Source of the DNA: Somniosus microcephalus
Lineage: Eukaryota
Assembly: GCA_052327205.1 (NCBI GenBank)
Contig: CM126228.1
Location: 23,684,001-23,748,000 of the forward strand
Reading direction: 5' to 3'
DNA: 64,000 bases
Shown: in pieces, positions 24,979 through 37,261 of the stretch
How positions within the stretch are numbered: the stretch's first letter is position 1
Layout of the letters: every line of letters begins with the position of its first letter
Translations under genes and position numbers: made by a program
Notes under the pieces: model-generated
Told to the model about the DNA's origin: nothing
What the model saw: only the letters and a program-made list of their open reading frames with translations
The model's database searches: none

Positions 24979-25555
24979 CCGCTTTGCGGGACACTTCCGT
25001 TCAGTCCGTAAGGGTGACCCCGAGCTTCCGGTCGCCTGTCACTTTAATTCACCGCCCCATTCTCACTCAGACCTCACTGTACTCGGGCTCTTACATTGTT
25101 CCACGGAAGCTCAGTGTAAACTCGAGGAACAGCACCTCATCTTCCGATTAGGCACTTTACAGCCTTCCGGACTCAACATCGAGTTCAACAATTTCAGATC
25201 ATAACCTCGGCCCCCATTACATTTTTGCTTATATTTTATCCACACTTTTGTTTTGGCCTTTCCCCCCCCCCCCTTTTTTTCCTCTCTCCCACATGGCAGC
25301 TGTCTCTCATTCTGCCAGAACATTTCACACCTAATCTAGAGCCGTCTTTTGTCTCCACTAGTCCTATCACCATCTCGTCTCGTTTTGAATACCTCTTAAT
25401 GTCTCTTCACTTCTTTTGTTCTCTCCCAGCCCTGCCTTTCGATCTATTTCATTTCCTTTCCAGTTTTGAAAAAGGGTTAGACCCGAAACGTCGACTCTAT
25501 TTTCTCTCCACGGATGTTGCCTGGCCTGCTGAGTTTTTCCAGCATTTTCTGTTGT
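24979..25555 (+). mobile_element. Penelope-like retroelement 3' fragment (GIY-YIG endonuclease C-terminus plus pseudo-LTR)
   Basis: Frame 24977-25204 reads DRFAGHFRSVRKGDPELPVACHFNSPPHSHSDLTVLGLLHCSTEAQCKLEEQHLIFRLGTLQPSGLNIEFNNFRS*. An 11-bp TSD TAAATTGAAGA is at 24968-24978 and 25556-25566. Confidence 0.88.
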
Positions 25556-26549
25556 TAAATTGAAGAGCTGGATCCTTTTGTTATTTGCAGTGCCTCAAGG
25601 CCCTCATGTATCCATTTAATTTAGCATCACAGTGCAGTTTACCTCTGGTGAATATTCAAACAAGCCATCCAAGTAGGTTTCTAACACACTTTCTAATCAG
25701 CACAGTACGGAGAAGGAAGTGCCCTCAAATAACATGCTCAAAACATTAAGACCATTCTCCACAGAATGGATGAGTATCTTACCGTCTTTGAAGTTCATTC
25801 TTTTTAAAAGGTGGCTTTGGACACCTAACCCAACACAGTGTTTCTCTTTATAAATGAGTAACAACTAGTGGCTGCGTACCACAATAGTCTCCACCCCCTC
25901 ATTAAATCTTTTACAGGGTGGCGATTAAGGTCATTGAGCTTCCTGAAATGGTAGCGCGAGCTCTCCCAATGGCTCAGGGATAAAGCTTCAATTTCTCAAG
26001 GCATTCTTGCGTTATGGAAGGGGTAGGGAAGAAAAGGGAAACAGAAAAATCAATTTGCTAGGGTTCTCATTGCCTATTGCTATACAGCTATTCCTACTGT
26101 GGATGCCAGGTAAAGCCACAATCAATTTTAGCTCTGACCTTCACAGGCAGACAGTCTGCTAATTATCACACAGCAGGGCTACTCTTGCTTCTATTTCTTA
26201 TGTTATGTTAAATAATGGCTACGTAGATGACATACCAGAGGGTGACTGGTGGCCATGGACCCATACCCCAGTGAAGCTCAATATCTTCAGAAGGGGAGGA
26301 AAGAAAATTGGCACACTACTAACGGAACTTCTGCCCCCTCCTTAGCGACGCATTGCATATTAAATACATCACGGTAAATTGATGATAGTGTGATCCAAAA
26401 TTTGTTCTGCAGTTTAACAGAAGGCTGCTCAGTTAAGTCAACTGGCTCAATGTATTAAGAATCCTCAGAAGCCAGCAAATTTATCGTAAAACTAATTGGG
26501 CTTTATTGTCACCCAAAAGAGTAATGTGCAAAAATATCAGTTAAACATC

Positions 26550-27100
26550 AAACATAGAAGATAGGAGCAGGAGTAGGCCATTCGGCCCCTCGAGCCTGCT
26601 CCACCATTCAATGAGATCATGGCTGATCATCCAAATTCAGTACCCTGTCCCTGCTTTCTCCCCATATCCCTTGATCCCTTTAGCCTTAAGAAATATATCT
26701 AACTCCTTCTTGAATATATTTAATGAACTGGCCTCCACCGCCCTCTGTGGCAGAGAATTCCACAGGTTCACCACTCTCTGGGTGAAGAAATTCCTCCTCA
26801 TTTCAGTCCTAAATGGCTTACCCCTTATCCTTAGACTATGACCCCTGGCTCTGGACTCCCCGGCCATCGGAAACATCCTTCCTGCATCTAGTCTGTCCAG
26901 GCCTGACACAATTTTATAGGTTTCGATGAGATCCCCTCTCAATCTTCTAAACTCCAGTGAATATAAGCCCAATCGACCCAATCTCTCCTCGTACGTCATT
27001 CCCGCCATCTCAGGTATCAGCCTGGTGAATCTTCGCTGAACTCCTTCCATGGCAAGAACGTCCTTCCTCAGATAAGGCGACCAGATCAAGTGCACCATAT
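26550..27100 (-). mobile_element. HER1-like CR1 LINE 3' end
   Basis: ORF 26637-27098 encodes a CR1 ORF2 C-terminus (RRLRGDLIETYK, FFTQRVVNLWNSLP). It has a CTATGTTT-type tail. Confidence 0.92.
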
Positions 27101-29304
27101 CATCTATATTTCTGCCCTAATTTCAAACTATCACACTCCCTCCACTCCCAGAAGACCTTTTCTTTAATATATGAGATCGGCACAAATCAAGAGTATCCAG
27201 CGTCCAACATATTGCATAAAGCTTAACGTACAGTAGCACAACAGCATTGGATTTACTGTTGAGAACAAACAATCTGTCGATATTACAAGATTCTGAACTC
27301 CTGGCATAAGCTTTCATGACCCCAAACCAGAACAGCAGGATGCTGACAGACTTCCATGAGAATCATAACATTAATAATTGTCACTCAAAGAGCAGGAGAA
27401 CTTATCCACACTGGTGTGAAAGGATCTCTAAATGCTGACCTCAGGAATAGTTGCTAATAGGACTTCCTGGCCTGCTACATTGAAAGGAGCGCTATCACCA
27501 TAATTGATCACAGATCTCACCGCGGGACGTTTTACTACATTAAAGGCACTATATAAATGCAAGTTTTTGGTTTATACCTAATGACAACCACTTTGACTTA
27601 CAGGTTCCACTCCTGATGGGACGTCACCTTTTTGATTTTTGCCCTGGGTCACTTAAGGAAATCGGAATTTCTTTTGATATTTCAGTTCGCTAAATTCTAA
27701 TAGAATACAATCATTGGTGGCACCTGCCTGGGTAGGTTTTTTCAGATCTTAGAAGAAACGGTCTTTAATGTAATGATTTTCTTTCAGTTTCTCCTTCATT
27801 CACTCTTCCTTCATCAGTCTCATGTTTCTTTTCTTAATTCTGTTTCTCCAGTACCCCCATCTATCCCAACTCTATGACGATAAAACATGAGAAGGGATGA
27901 AAAAGAAAAAAAGAAATGGTGAGAGTCAACTTGTGGAAGTGCTCTCATACCTTCAAGTGGCAGACTGAAGGGCAGCATTAGCTTAGCCTAGAGTGTAGCT
28001 CAGCTGCAGGCTCGACCAAGCAAAGAGGTGACAAAAATGGGGCAAAGAAACATTAAATATCAGAAAATTATTAAAAGAAACAATTTTTTCTGTATTACCT
28101 ACATCAGGATAATTTTACCAAAACATTTCTTAAAATAAATGCATTTATTTACCAAATTTAAGTTATCTGACACTATAGACATCAGTTGCAGACCGGGAGC
28201 TCAATACCAATTCCTTTCAGGCCTCATTAAAAACAAAGGCTTTAGAAAATTGGATATAATCAGATTTGCAAGCTACAATAACAGTTCTGCTGTGGATGCT
28301 TTGATTGTTCATCGACACACACAGAAAGCAGCACATCAGAGTATTTCTATTAAGTTCAAGAAGTCATTTTTTGGCTGGCCTAAAGTTGTCTGAATCTTTT
28401 TAATCCTGACACTAAGATATTTGGTTGACACCCTCAATAGCTCCTAAACTTATTCAACTTTCTTATTTGTTTTTAATTCCTTCCATCTATATATGGCGCT
28501 ATTCTACAGACTTCCAAACCACTGCACTGAGAAGCTAAAGAACAAGAAAAATGCTTTAAAGGATTAGATCTTAAAAAAACACACCATTCAGGGTTGTTGA
28601 AGTAACAGTAAGTCAGGCTAACTACAGTTACATACATCTGAAGGATTTCAATGAAACCAGACTTACAGCCAGGTTTATTTGCAGCCACATTTGTGAAATC
28701 ATGAAGTTTTGTTCGCTCAATGTCAGAAGAAATTAAGGTGCATTAGCGCTTGCACATGCTCAGTAGTCTGAGAAATTAAAGTCCAAAAAGCCACAGCCAT
28801 TTTATATACAAAAATTAAGAACTTTGCGGTGGACCAGGAAAAGGAAAGAATCCATCAAAGCTTCGCATCCACACCTTTTTTTAAACAACCCCTGCTTTAA
28901 ACTATATGGGCTTAAGTAACATAACAGAAGCTACACCGGTTAACAATACGTGAAATTCCATCATGGTTTGATCGTTTCAGAATGGTTTCCTCTACTGTAT
29001 GATACGGAGGTCCAGCTTGCAGAAAAATTGTTTTTAAAAAAAAAAAAAAAAAATTCACAGGATTTTCATAGCTTATGCAAAATTCATTACATTCCCAGTC
29101 ATCGTTTAGCATTTTAGAAGACTCACCGGCAACATGTACAACTGGTTATTTCACAAAAACTTATTCCTCATGTCTCAAGGGTTCTGTGCAGTATTTTCTA
29201 AAAAGTACATTCATATTGCATATACCGCAGTATGTGAACCTATTTGTGAATAATGATAGTCCCACTGTAAACTTGCAGCAATCTGTGAAATCCTGGCTAT
29301 TTGA

Positions 29305-30410
29305 GGTTTTTTTTTTTTTTATCCGTCCCTGGGATATGGGCATCGCTGGCAAGGCCTTGTCCTTATAGGTAGAGGTTGCGGGTTTGGGAGATGCTGCCGA
29401 AGAAGCCTTGGCACCTTGTAGATTTTTTTTGTAGATGTTCATGGGATGTGGGCAGCGCTGGCAAGGACAACATTTATTGCCCATCCCTAATTGCCCTTGA
29501 GAAGGTGGTGGTGAGCTGCCTTCTTGAACCGCTGCAGTCCGTGTAGTAAAGGTACTCCCACAGTGCTGTTAGGGAGAGTTTTCTAGGATTTTGACCTAGC
29601 GACGATGAAGGATCGGCGATATACATCCAAGTCAGGATGGTGTGTGATTGGAGGGGAACTTGGAGCTGGTGGTGTTCCCATGCGCCTGCTGCCCTTGTCC
29701 TTCTAGGTGGAAGAGGCCGTGGGTTTGGGAGTTGCTGCAGTGCATCTTGTAGATGGTACACGCTGTAGCCACGGTACACCAGTGTTGGAGGAAGTGAATG
29801 TTTAAGGTGGTGGATGGGGTGCCAATCAAGTGGGCTGCTTTGTCCTGGATAGTGTCGAGCTTCTTGGCTGTTACTGGAGCTGCACTCATCCAGGCAAGTG
29901 GAGAGTATGCCATCACACTCCTGACTTGTGCCTTGTAGATGGTGGAAAGGCTTTGGGAAGTCAGGAGGAGAGACACTCGCCGCAGAATACCCAGCCTCTG
30001 ACCCGCTCTTGTTGCCACAGTATTTAGGTGGCTGGTCCAGTTAAGTTTCTGGTCAATGGTGACCCCCCAGGATGGTGATGGTGGGGGATTCGGCGATGGT
30101 AATGTCGTTGAACATCAAGGGGAGGTAGTTAGACTCTCGCTTGTTTGAGATAGTCATTGCCTGGCACCTGTGTGGCGCGAATCTTACCTGCCACTTATCA
30201 GCCCAAGCCTGAATGTTGTCCAGGTCTTGCTGCATGCGGGCATGGACTGCTTCATTTTCTGAGGAGTTGCAAATGGAACTGAACACTGTGCAATCATCAG
30301 CGAACATCCCCAGTTCTGACGTTATGATGGAGGGAAGGTCATTGATGAAGCAGCTGAAGATGGTTGGGCCTAGGACACTGCCCTAAGGAACACCTGCAAC
30401 AATATTCTGG
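29305..30410 (-). mobile_element. Same LINE family as 16455-17412 in reverse orientation, with an extra short tail-bearing piece at 29305-29420
   Basis: ORFs 30053-30307 (MFADDCTVF) and 29632-30018 align with the plus-strand copy. Two poly(T)-headed tails are present. Confidence 0.9.
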
Positions 30411-30488
30411 GGCTTAGAAGATTCACCAACAACCACAACCAACCATTCAAATTCACAAACAGCTGAGCCCAACAGAATTCAACTAGCT

Positions 30489-30699
30489 AATATAAAAACA
30501 GAAAATGCTGGAAATATTCAGCAGGTCAGGCAGCATCTGTGGAGAGAGAAACAGAGTTCATGTTTCAGGTCATTCAGAAAGGTCATCAACCTGAAACATT
30601 AAACCTGTTTCTCTCTCCACAGATGCTGCCTGACCGGCTGAGTATTTCCAGCATTTTCTGTTTTTATTTCAGATTCCCAGCATCCACAGTATTTTGCTT
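30489..30699. mobile_element. Short Penelope-derived insertion made of two inverted pseudo-LTR ends
   Basis: Arms 30492-30570 and 30589-30667 are reverse complements and resemble 25480-25555. A 16-bp TSD CAGAATTCAACTAGCT is at 30473-30488 and 30700-30715. Confidence 0.85.
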
Positions 30700-33243
30700 C
30701 AGAATTCAACTAGCTGATCTTTTTAAAGTTTAAACTATGTTCAAACAAAGATTTCAATATTATCCTGGCCATGAATCTGCAGGATCCGCCCTGAACTTAA
30801 ATATATCGAAGCTGGGCATCAAATGCAAATTCACCTACACTTTACACAGAACACTCATTAACCTGCAACATTCAGGAAAATAAAACTCAAGTATCAGCAG
30901 CTTGAACTACACAGTCCACGGTCATTTGGGAAGGGGCGGGAGCTGTCTGAATTTCAATGAGATTTTCTGAAAATGTTAGAAAATTAATCTTAACATGCAA
31001 CACACAAAAAAGTTTATTTCATGTCACTAACACATCAATATTCATGGTAATAAACTGCTCAAGCTTGATGTCTTGTCAATCCCTCAAAGTGTTAAGACTC
31101 GAAACACGCTCCTGGGCAGGCTCTCCTGCAAGTACTAACAACAGGAGCTATTTTCCTGAATAAAACACAAGCAAAATGTAACAAAAATCCAGATACCCAC
31201 ATAGATAAAAATGCTAGTTTGAAAGCAAAACACACATAGTTTTCATTTTAAAAACTGAGAAAAACCTGTACTATCCTTTAAAAGGCCAAGAACTTGGGTT
31301 AACTAATAATAGTACTCTCAAAAAAAATCTCCTGGATTGAACAGCTGTTTTTTGCACTGATGATTCTAAAATAAAATTTGAATTGATAGCACTTTATAAA
31401 ATAAACCCAAAGTTAAAATGTACAATTTTTAGTGTGATTTGCTTGATCACTCTACCGGTGAAACTATTAATATAGGTCACAGCTGGGCCTCAAACCCACA
31501 TATGAATAAAGCCCATCTGTTTCCTAGACTTTTCTGCATTAATGAGAAACTGCTGTTCACTGATGCAGATAACAATACCCTCACGTCTTCCTTAATGTAC
31601 AAGCAAATGAGTGACGAGAGCAATTTATTACTCTTATCTCTGCTCGGTGGCTATGCACAAAACAGAAATAAAACAGGCTCTACTTATTAAACTCGAATAC
31701 CAGTCAGTGGAGGTAATCTCTGTACTTGAGCCAAGCCTGTGGAAAATGTCAACTTCAAATTTGCTTTTATGATGTGCAGAAGATTACATTGCCATATGGT
31801 GTGGTCTGTCAGACTGCTATTCACAATAAGCAACAGCACTTTAATCCATGGGAGTGAGTGTTATTTGCACCGATCAGACTGGCAAAACATCAGCTGATTG
31901 AGAAATTAAAAACAAGGAGACACTCGTTTTTGCTCAACTTACTCTAAATAAATTGCCAAAGCAAGAAGTCACTATTTAGAAGGAACCTGCAAGGATTATT
32001 TCATTTGGACACAAGGCCAATGTATTTTGATTGGACCCACCACAGGTTCAAAAACCCTTAATGCTCAGATACTTATTCTTCTGTAAAAGCTCAACATATT
32101 TTTCAGAACAGGTGGAATTGAAGAGCTATAGGTTTCTCTTTGATAGGTCTATTGAGGCAATCCTGGTTAAGCTAAAAGCTTAACTGCACTAGAGTTCTAT
32201 TCCTAGCATCAAATGAGGTGTCAAAACAAGGGGAAAAAAACCTACAAATGTTGGAAACCAGAAATAAAAACAAAAGACGTTGGCAAGACAGGAGGAGGTC
32301 AGGTAGCATCTGTAGAGAGAAAAATAGAGATAGTTTTGGACAATGCCCTTCTTCAGAATTCAAGACAAAAAATAAGCATTTTAACAATTCAAAAAAGTGA
32401 GGGTAAAAAGGGAGCTCAAAACAGAAGCAAACAACAGCTATTTCAATCAGAGACGGAAAGTTAATGGGTGAATATCGGCAATTCACCGATTAACTTCCCC
32501 TTTGTGTTTGCAATATCTGTTGTTTCCTTGTGGGCTTTTTTTTCCTCTCTTCCTCTCGTTTTTTCTGTTTCTATTAAGATGCTACTTCATCTTTCAGTTC
32601 TGAAGGACACTGCTGTCTTTCTCTCCATGGATGCTGACCAACCTGCTGTGTGTTATAAGGAGAAACTCAAGACACTTGGACTATTCCCACTGAAGCAAAG
32701 AAGGCTAAAAGGAGGTTTAATAATTATTTTTAAAGTCATGAAGGATTTTGATAGGATGGGAAAGACTATTTGCTCTGGTTGGGAATCACTGTTGAAGCGG
32801 AGGCAATGTCAAACTATCAAGAAGCCTGAGAGGGGTTAGGAGATTTTTTTTTAATGCTGAGTTGTTGAAGCATGAAGTCTCCCTTTGCCACATGGAGTAG
32901 TCGAGACAGACAACTGCATTTTTAAGGAAAGAATAAATAAACATTTGAAGCAGAGAAAGATACAGGGACACGGGGAAAGAACAAGGCAATGTAACTAGCT
33001 TTGGATTGCTCTAGCACAAACACAATGGGCCATAAAGCCTCTTCTGTGTTGTATACATTTAGGGTTCGAAGTGGAACAGGGCTCTTAAAAAGTTTTCACT
33101 TGTAAAGCACTGCTGGAGAATCTTGTGAAACCTGATCAAGAAGTAGATGAGAACAAATGAACAGACATGCAAATGTCACTAGTGCAAAACCTAAAGGACC
33201 AAAATAACACATTGCATATGATGAGCACGCTTGCATTTATATA

Positions 33244-33697
33244 CAGGAAACTCTTTCGTATCCGGCACCGATGGGACCGGGATGGTGCCGGTCGATTAAA
33301 AATTCCGGATAACCAAATTAGTGCTAACCAGTTAGCACCCGGCGTGGGAGTACTGCCCCAGACGCTAAATTGAGCTTACCGCCCCGGCGAGGAAGCGGAG
33401 CGCTATCTCGGGCGGTCCACTTTCTCTCGGGGTGGTGTCTGGAGCGCAAAGCGCTGTAGCGCCGGAGCACTACGCGGCCGCTCCATATAGCACTGACGCG
33501 CTTCATCACCCCTCCCCTTCCGTTAAAGGGGAAGGGTGCTGCGCACTCTGCAGGCCGTTTGACGGCCTCCACTAGCCCCCACTGACTAACTCGGCCACCG
33601 CGGGAGACTCGGACTCGACAACATTTCCGGAGTATGAATTTTGCCGGTTATTAGAGAATTCCGGATATTTAGCTGCCGTTTAAATGAGAGTTTCCTG
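33244..33697. mobile_element. Tc1/pogo (Tigger-like) MITE, copy 1
   Basis: TA|CAGGAAACTCT ... AGAGTTTCCTG|TA, with repeated subterminal TCCGG/CCGGA motifs. Confidence 0.82.
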
Positions 33698-33724
33698 TAC
33701 GGCTTTATTAAGGGCATAGAACAT

Positions 33725-34113
33725 GATGCACTTTACCACCAATGGATTAGTTTTGAAGTGCAGTCACGGTTAACGTGGCAACTAATTTGCACACAGGTTG
33801 CACAAACAGCAAATGAATAAACTCCAGACAATCTGTTTACGGTGCTTTGGCTGAGGGAGGAATGTTAGCCAGGACACCGGAAAACTCCCTGATCAACATT
33901 AAATAATGCCGTGGGATCATTTATGCCCACCTGGGCAGTCAGACAGACAGCTATAATTTAATTTCACATTGAAGATAGCATCTTCAACATGCAGCACTCC
34001 CTTAATACTACACTGAAGAGTCAACTTAGATTATGTCCTCATATCTGTAGTGGGGCTTTAACACAATCTTCTGACTCAGAGCTGAAAGTGCTACCAACAG
34101 AGCCAAGCCGACA
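33725..34113 (-). mobile_element. Diverged DeuSINE-like copy (others at about 17690-17935 minus, 34790-35015 plus, 59313-59410 minus)
   Basis: Collinear similarity to 60101-60553. Confidence 0.7.
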
Positions 34114-34133
34114 CATACAATACCCTATCTTCA

Positions 34134-34475
34134 GGGCAGCACGGTGGCATAGTGGTTAGCACTGTTGCCTCACAGCGCCAGGAACCCGGGTTCAAATCCG
34201 GCCTCGGGTGACTGTGTGGAGTTTGCACATTCTCCCCGTGTTTGCGTGGGTTTTCTCCGGGTGCTCCGGTTTCCTCCCACAGTCCAAAGATGTGCGGGTT
34301 AGGTTGATTGACCATGATAAAAATTGACCCTTAGTGTTAGGGGGGAGTAAATACATGGGGTTACGGGGTTACAGGGATAGGGCTTGGGTGGGATGGCTGT
34401 CGGTGTAGGGACTGGGTGCTAGGGTTTGGATGATCAGCCATGATCTCGTTGAATGGCGGAGCAGGCTCGAAGGCT
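34134..34475 (+). mobile_element. tRNA-derived V-SINE (HE1-like)
   Basis: Pol III A box TGGCATAGTGG (34145-34155) and B box GGTTCAAATCC (34189-34199). Central CTCCGGGTGCTCCGGTTTCCTCCCACAGTCCAAAGA. The 3' part matches the HER1-like LINE 3' UTR in this window. Confidence 0.88.
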
Positions 34476-35039
34476 GGGAAGGTTTGGCTCCGTTCCAAGA
34501 CATTACATCCCAACTCCCCAGCCTGCTCATAAGCAGGTAAATGGCAGCAGTGATCATCAATTCAGTAATAAACAAGTACCATATACAGAAACCAAGAAAA
34601 AAATCAAGCTCTATTACCAATGCAGAAACTCCACTGTAGATCTGATCCTGAAGGATTTTTTTTTTTTTTTTTTTAATAAAAGGGATGGGGGGTGGGGGGA
34701 AAGTAAACAGAATTTCTTAAAAAATAATTCCACTTCATACACCATTCCTCAGGCAAAGGAATGGGGAGGTGATCTGCTCCCAAATGCCAGTTTAATAGCA
34801 CTCGTGCCCCTCAGTTAGAAAGTTGCAGACTCAAACCCCAGTCTAGGACTTGAGTGTATTATCTAGGCTGACACTTCAGTGCAGTCCTGGGAGCGCTTCA
34901 TTGCCAGAGGTACTATCCTTCGGGTGAAACGTTAAACCATAGCACTTTCTGCCCAGCCAGTAGACACTAAAGATCCCACAACTGTATTCAAAGAGTAGCA
35001 GGGAGTCCTCCCTCAGCCATCACCATCAAAAACAGAGTA

Positions 35040-35448
35040 AGGGTTGTTCTCCTTCGAGCAGAGAAGGTTGAGAGGAGATTTGATAGGGGTTCAAAATCAT
35101 GAGGGGTCTAGGCAGAGTAGATAGAGAGAAACTGTTGCCATTGGCTAAAGGGTCGAGAACCAGAGGACACAGATTTAAGGTGATTGCCAAAAGAACCAAA
35201 GGCGACATGAGGAAAAACTCTCTTACGCAGCGAGTGGTTAGGATCTGGAATGCGCTGCCTGAAAGGGTGGTGGAGGCAGACTCAATCGTGGCTTTCAAAA
35301 GGGAATTGGATAAGTACCTGGAGGGAAAAAATTGCAGGGCTACGGGGAAAGGGCGGGGGGAGTGGGACTAGCTGAAGTGCTCTTGCAGAGAGCCGGCACG
35401 GGCTCAACAGGCCGAATGGCCTTCTTCCGTGCTGTAACCACTATGATT
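35040..35448 (+). mobile_element. CR1 3' end, same subfamily as 21460-21870
   Basis: High identity to 21460-21865. It interrupts a DeuSINE-like copy. Confidence 0.9.
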
Positions 35449-36731
35449 AATAACCAGTCGTCAGTCAGTCAGTCATTCATTCATTGATCTCATGGCATTT
35501 CATGGAACCTTGCTGATCACAATACCACTATTGTGTTCAGCAAGGTCCTAAAAAATGCAATGAAACAAATGCCCAATTAATCTATTTTGATAGTTGAGAG
35601 AGAATTACTTGTTCCTCAAAGTTCATTTTACACTGCAGAAAACCCCAGTCATGAACCCATCCAACATTTCCTGGTGTAAAATTCCAATGCCTCAGACAAC
35701 TGTACAACTGCCTGGATTTCAATGCTATTAACCTTTTTCCCCATCTCCATCTTTTTAATTAAATTTAAACTTCCTTTGGATGGTATCAGCTGGGATAAAC
35801 TATTTTAGTCATGGTGCAATGCACACTGAGCAGCAAGTCACAGTATGGAGTTGGGGAAGGAGAGGGCGAGGGCTTCAATCACTCACTCTGGTGAGTTAGT
35901 GAGCTCACCAGTACTGTCGTTAGGAGGCTCCGAGAAGGGCTGTTCCAAGTGCTGATCTGCAGTCATATAAGTGGAGGACTGGGAGCAGGTTGGCTACCCA
36001 TTCTATTAGCCTCATCCATTGGATGGTCTGGGGAGATAAGGCAGGGATTTTTGCACTACAGCTCACACCCCATCTACTATCCCTGCAGAAAGAGTGCCAG
36101 CTGCAAATGTGCCATTATGCCAGAATTTCAAGAGCAGAACATGCTGCTTACTCAGGAATTTGTTGCTTGTGACAGATATGTCATTACATAGTATTGTCCC
36201 TTCAGGAATAGTATGTCAGTCTTAAGCTGGACACTGAAGTATACAAACTGGTAGATTTTCCTTCCGCTCCCCTTGCATTGTTTTTTTTTTTTTTTTTAAA
36301 GAGCGAGGTGAACATCAACCTAGTCACAAATCGAGAATATGACCCATCTGCAAATGCCTTTGAGTAAATATTACCGTGGCAGACATCCTATATATCATTT
36401 ACAATACACACTAAACCAAATTTGATTTTGATCAAAGATGCACTTAGTAAGTTCAGAGTCCACTTGATCCAAATATAACTCAATTTCCTGTGTAAATTAG
36501 CACTTTGACAAAAGAAATATGATGTCCATTATATTAGCTAGAGTTTCATGAGAAATATTTTCTGCAATAAGGATTAACTAACAGTTCACATTGTGTGTTC
36601 TGCTAGTTCCCATAGGTTACTGTATTTGATGGGCAGTCCATTTCGGTATAGTCTTGTCCTACTTCAACAGGCAACAATTTAGAATAGAGTGCTGAGTCTT
36701 AAAAGAAATCTTTGAAAATTTGAAGGAATAC

Positions 36732-36874
36732 CTTGTATTTTGTCATAGTACTAAAATGGTTATTTCTGAAGAACACACACAATTCTCCTTCTTCAACCGT
36801 GGAAATCAGTTCACATAACCCGTGGTATGTCAGCTGGGTTGCTGTGCTGTTCAAAAACTGTTCTGCAACAAAAC
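36732..36874 (-). CDS. MINDY2: MINDY2 coding exon (143 nt): (G)FVAEQFLNSTATQLTYHGLCELISTVEEGELCVFFRNNHFSTMTKYK; contains the catalytic His
   Basis: Acceptor CCTTAG and donor GTATTC. TQLTYHGL and FFRNNHFS are MINDY1/2 hallmark motifs. Confidence 0.97.
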
Positions 36875-37261
36875 CTAAGGACACAAAAAGTCATTCAGGT
36901 TATTACAGCTAAATACAAGTACTGGTCTGAACTCATCACAGGCACATTGCAAGCTAGGAATTCAAGGATCTCAGAGAATGTCAATGGTCTGTGCCTATTC
37001 TTGCCTATTTTAAGAGTGAAGTAGATTTACACCTCAAAATGTGTGATGGCCACACACCTCTTAAATATTTCAATTATTGTTACAACAGTTTCTACTGGAA
37101 TATTGCGGAGAGCTATATAGATGACAGCAAGATTCTCACGTCTGCCACAACGGTCATGCTTGTATTCTGCTTCCTGTAATGTGTTGCTTTTACACAACAG
37201 AAGAAACAAAAGGATTTTTTTTTAAATCATGTTTTCCTCGATGACTCATGAAGGCCATATC

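Noticed and set aside
34134-34210. tRNA gene
   Set aside because: A and B boxes are present, but the sequence continues into a V-SINE body and LINE-derived tail, so it is a SINE head.
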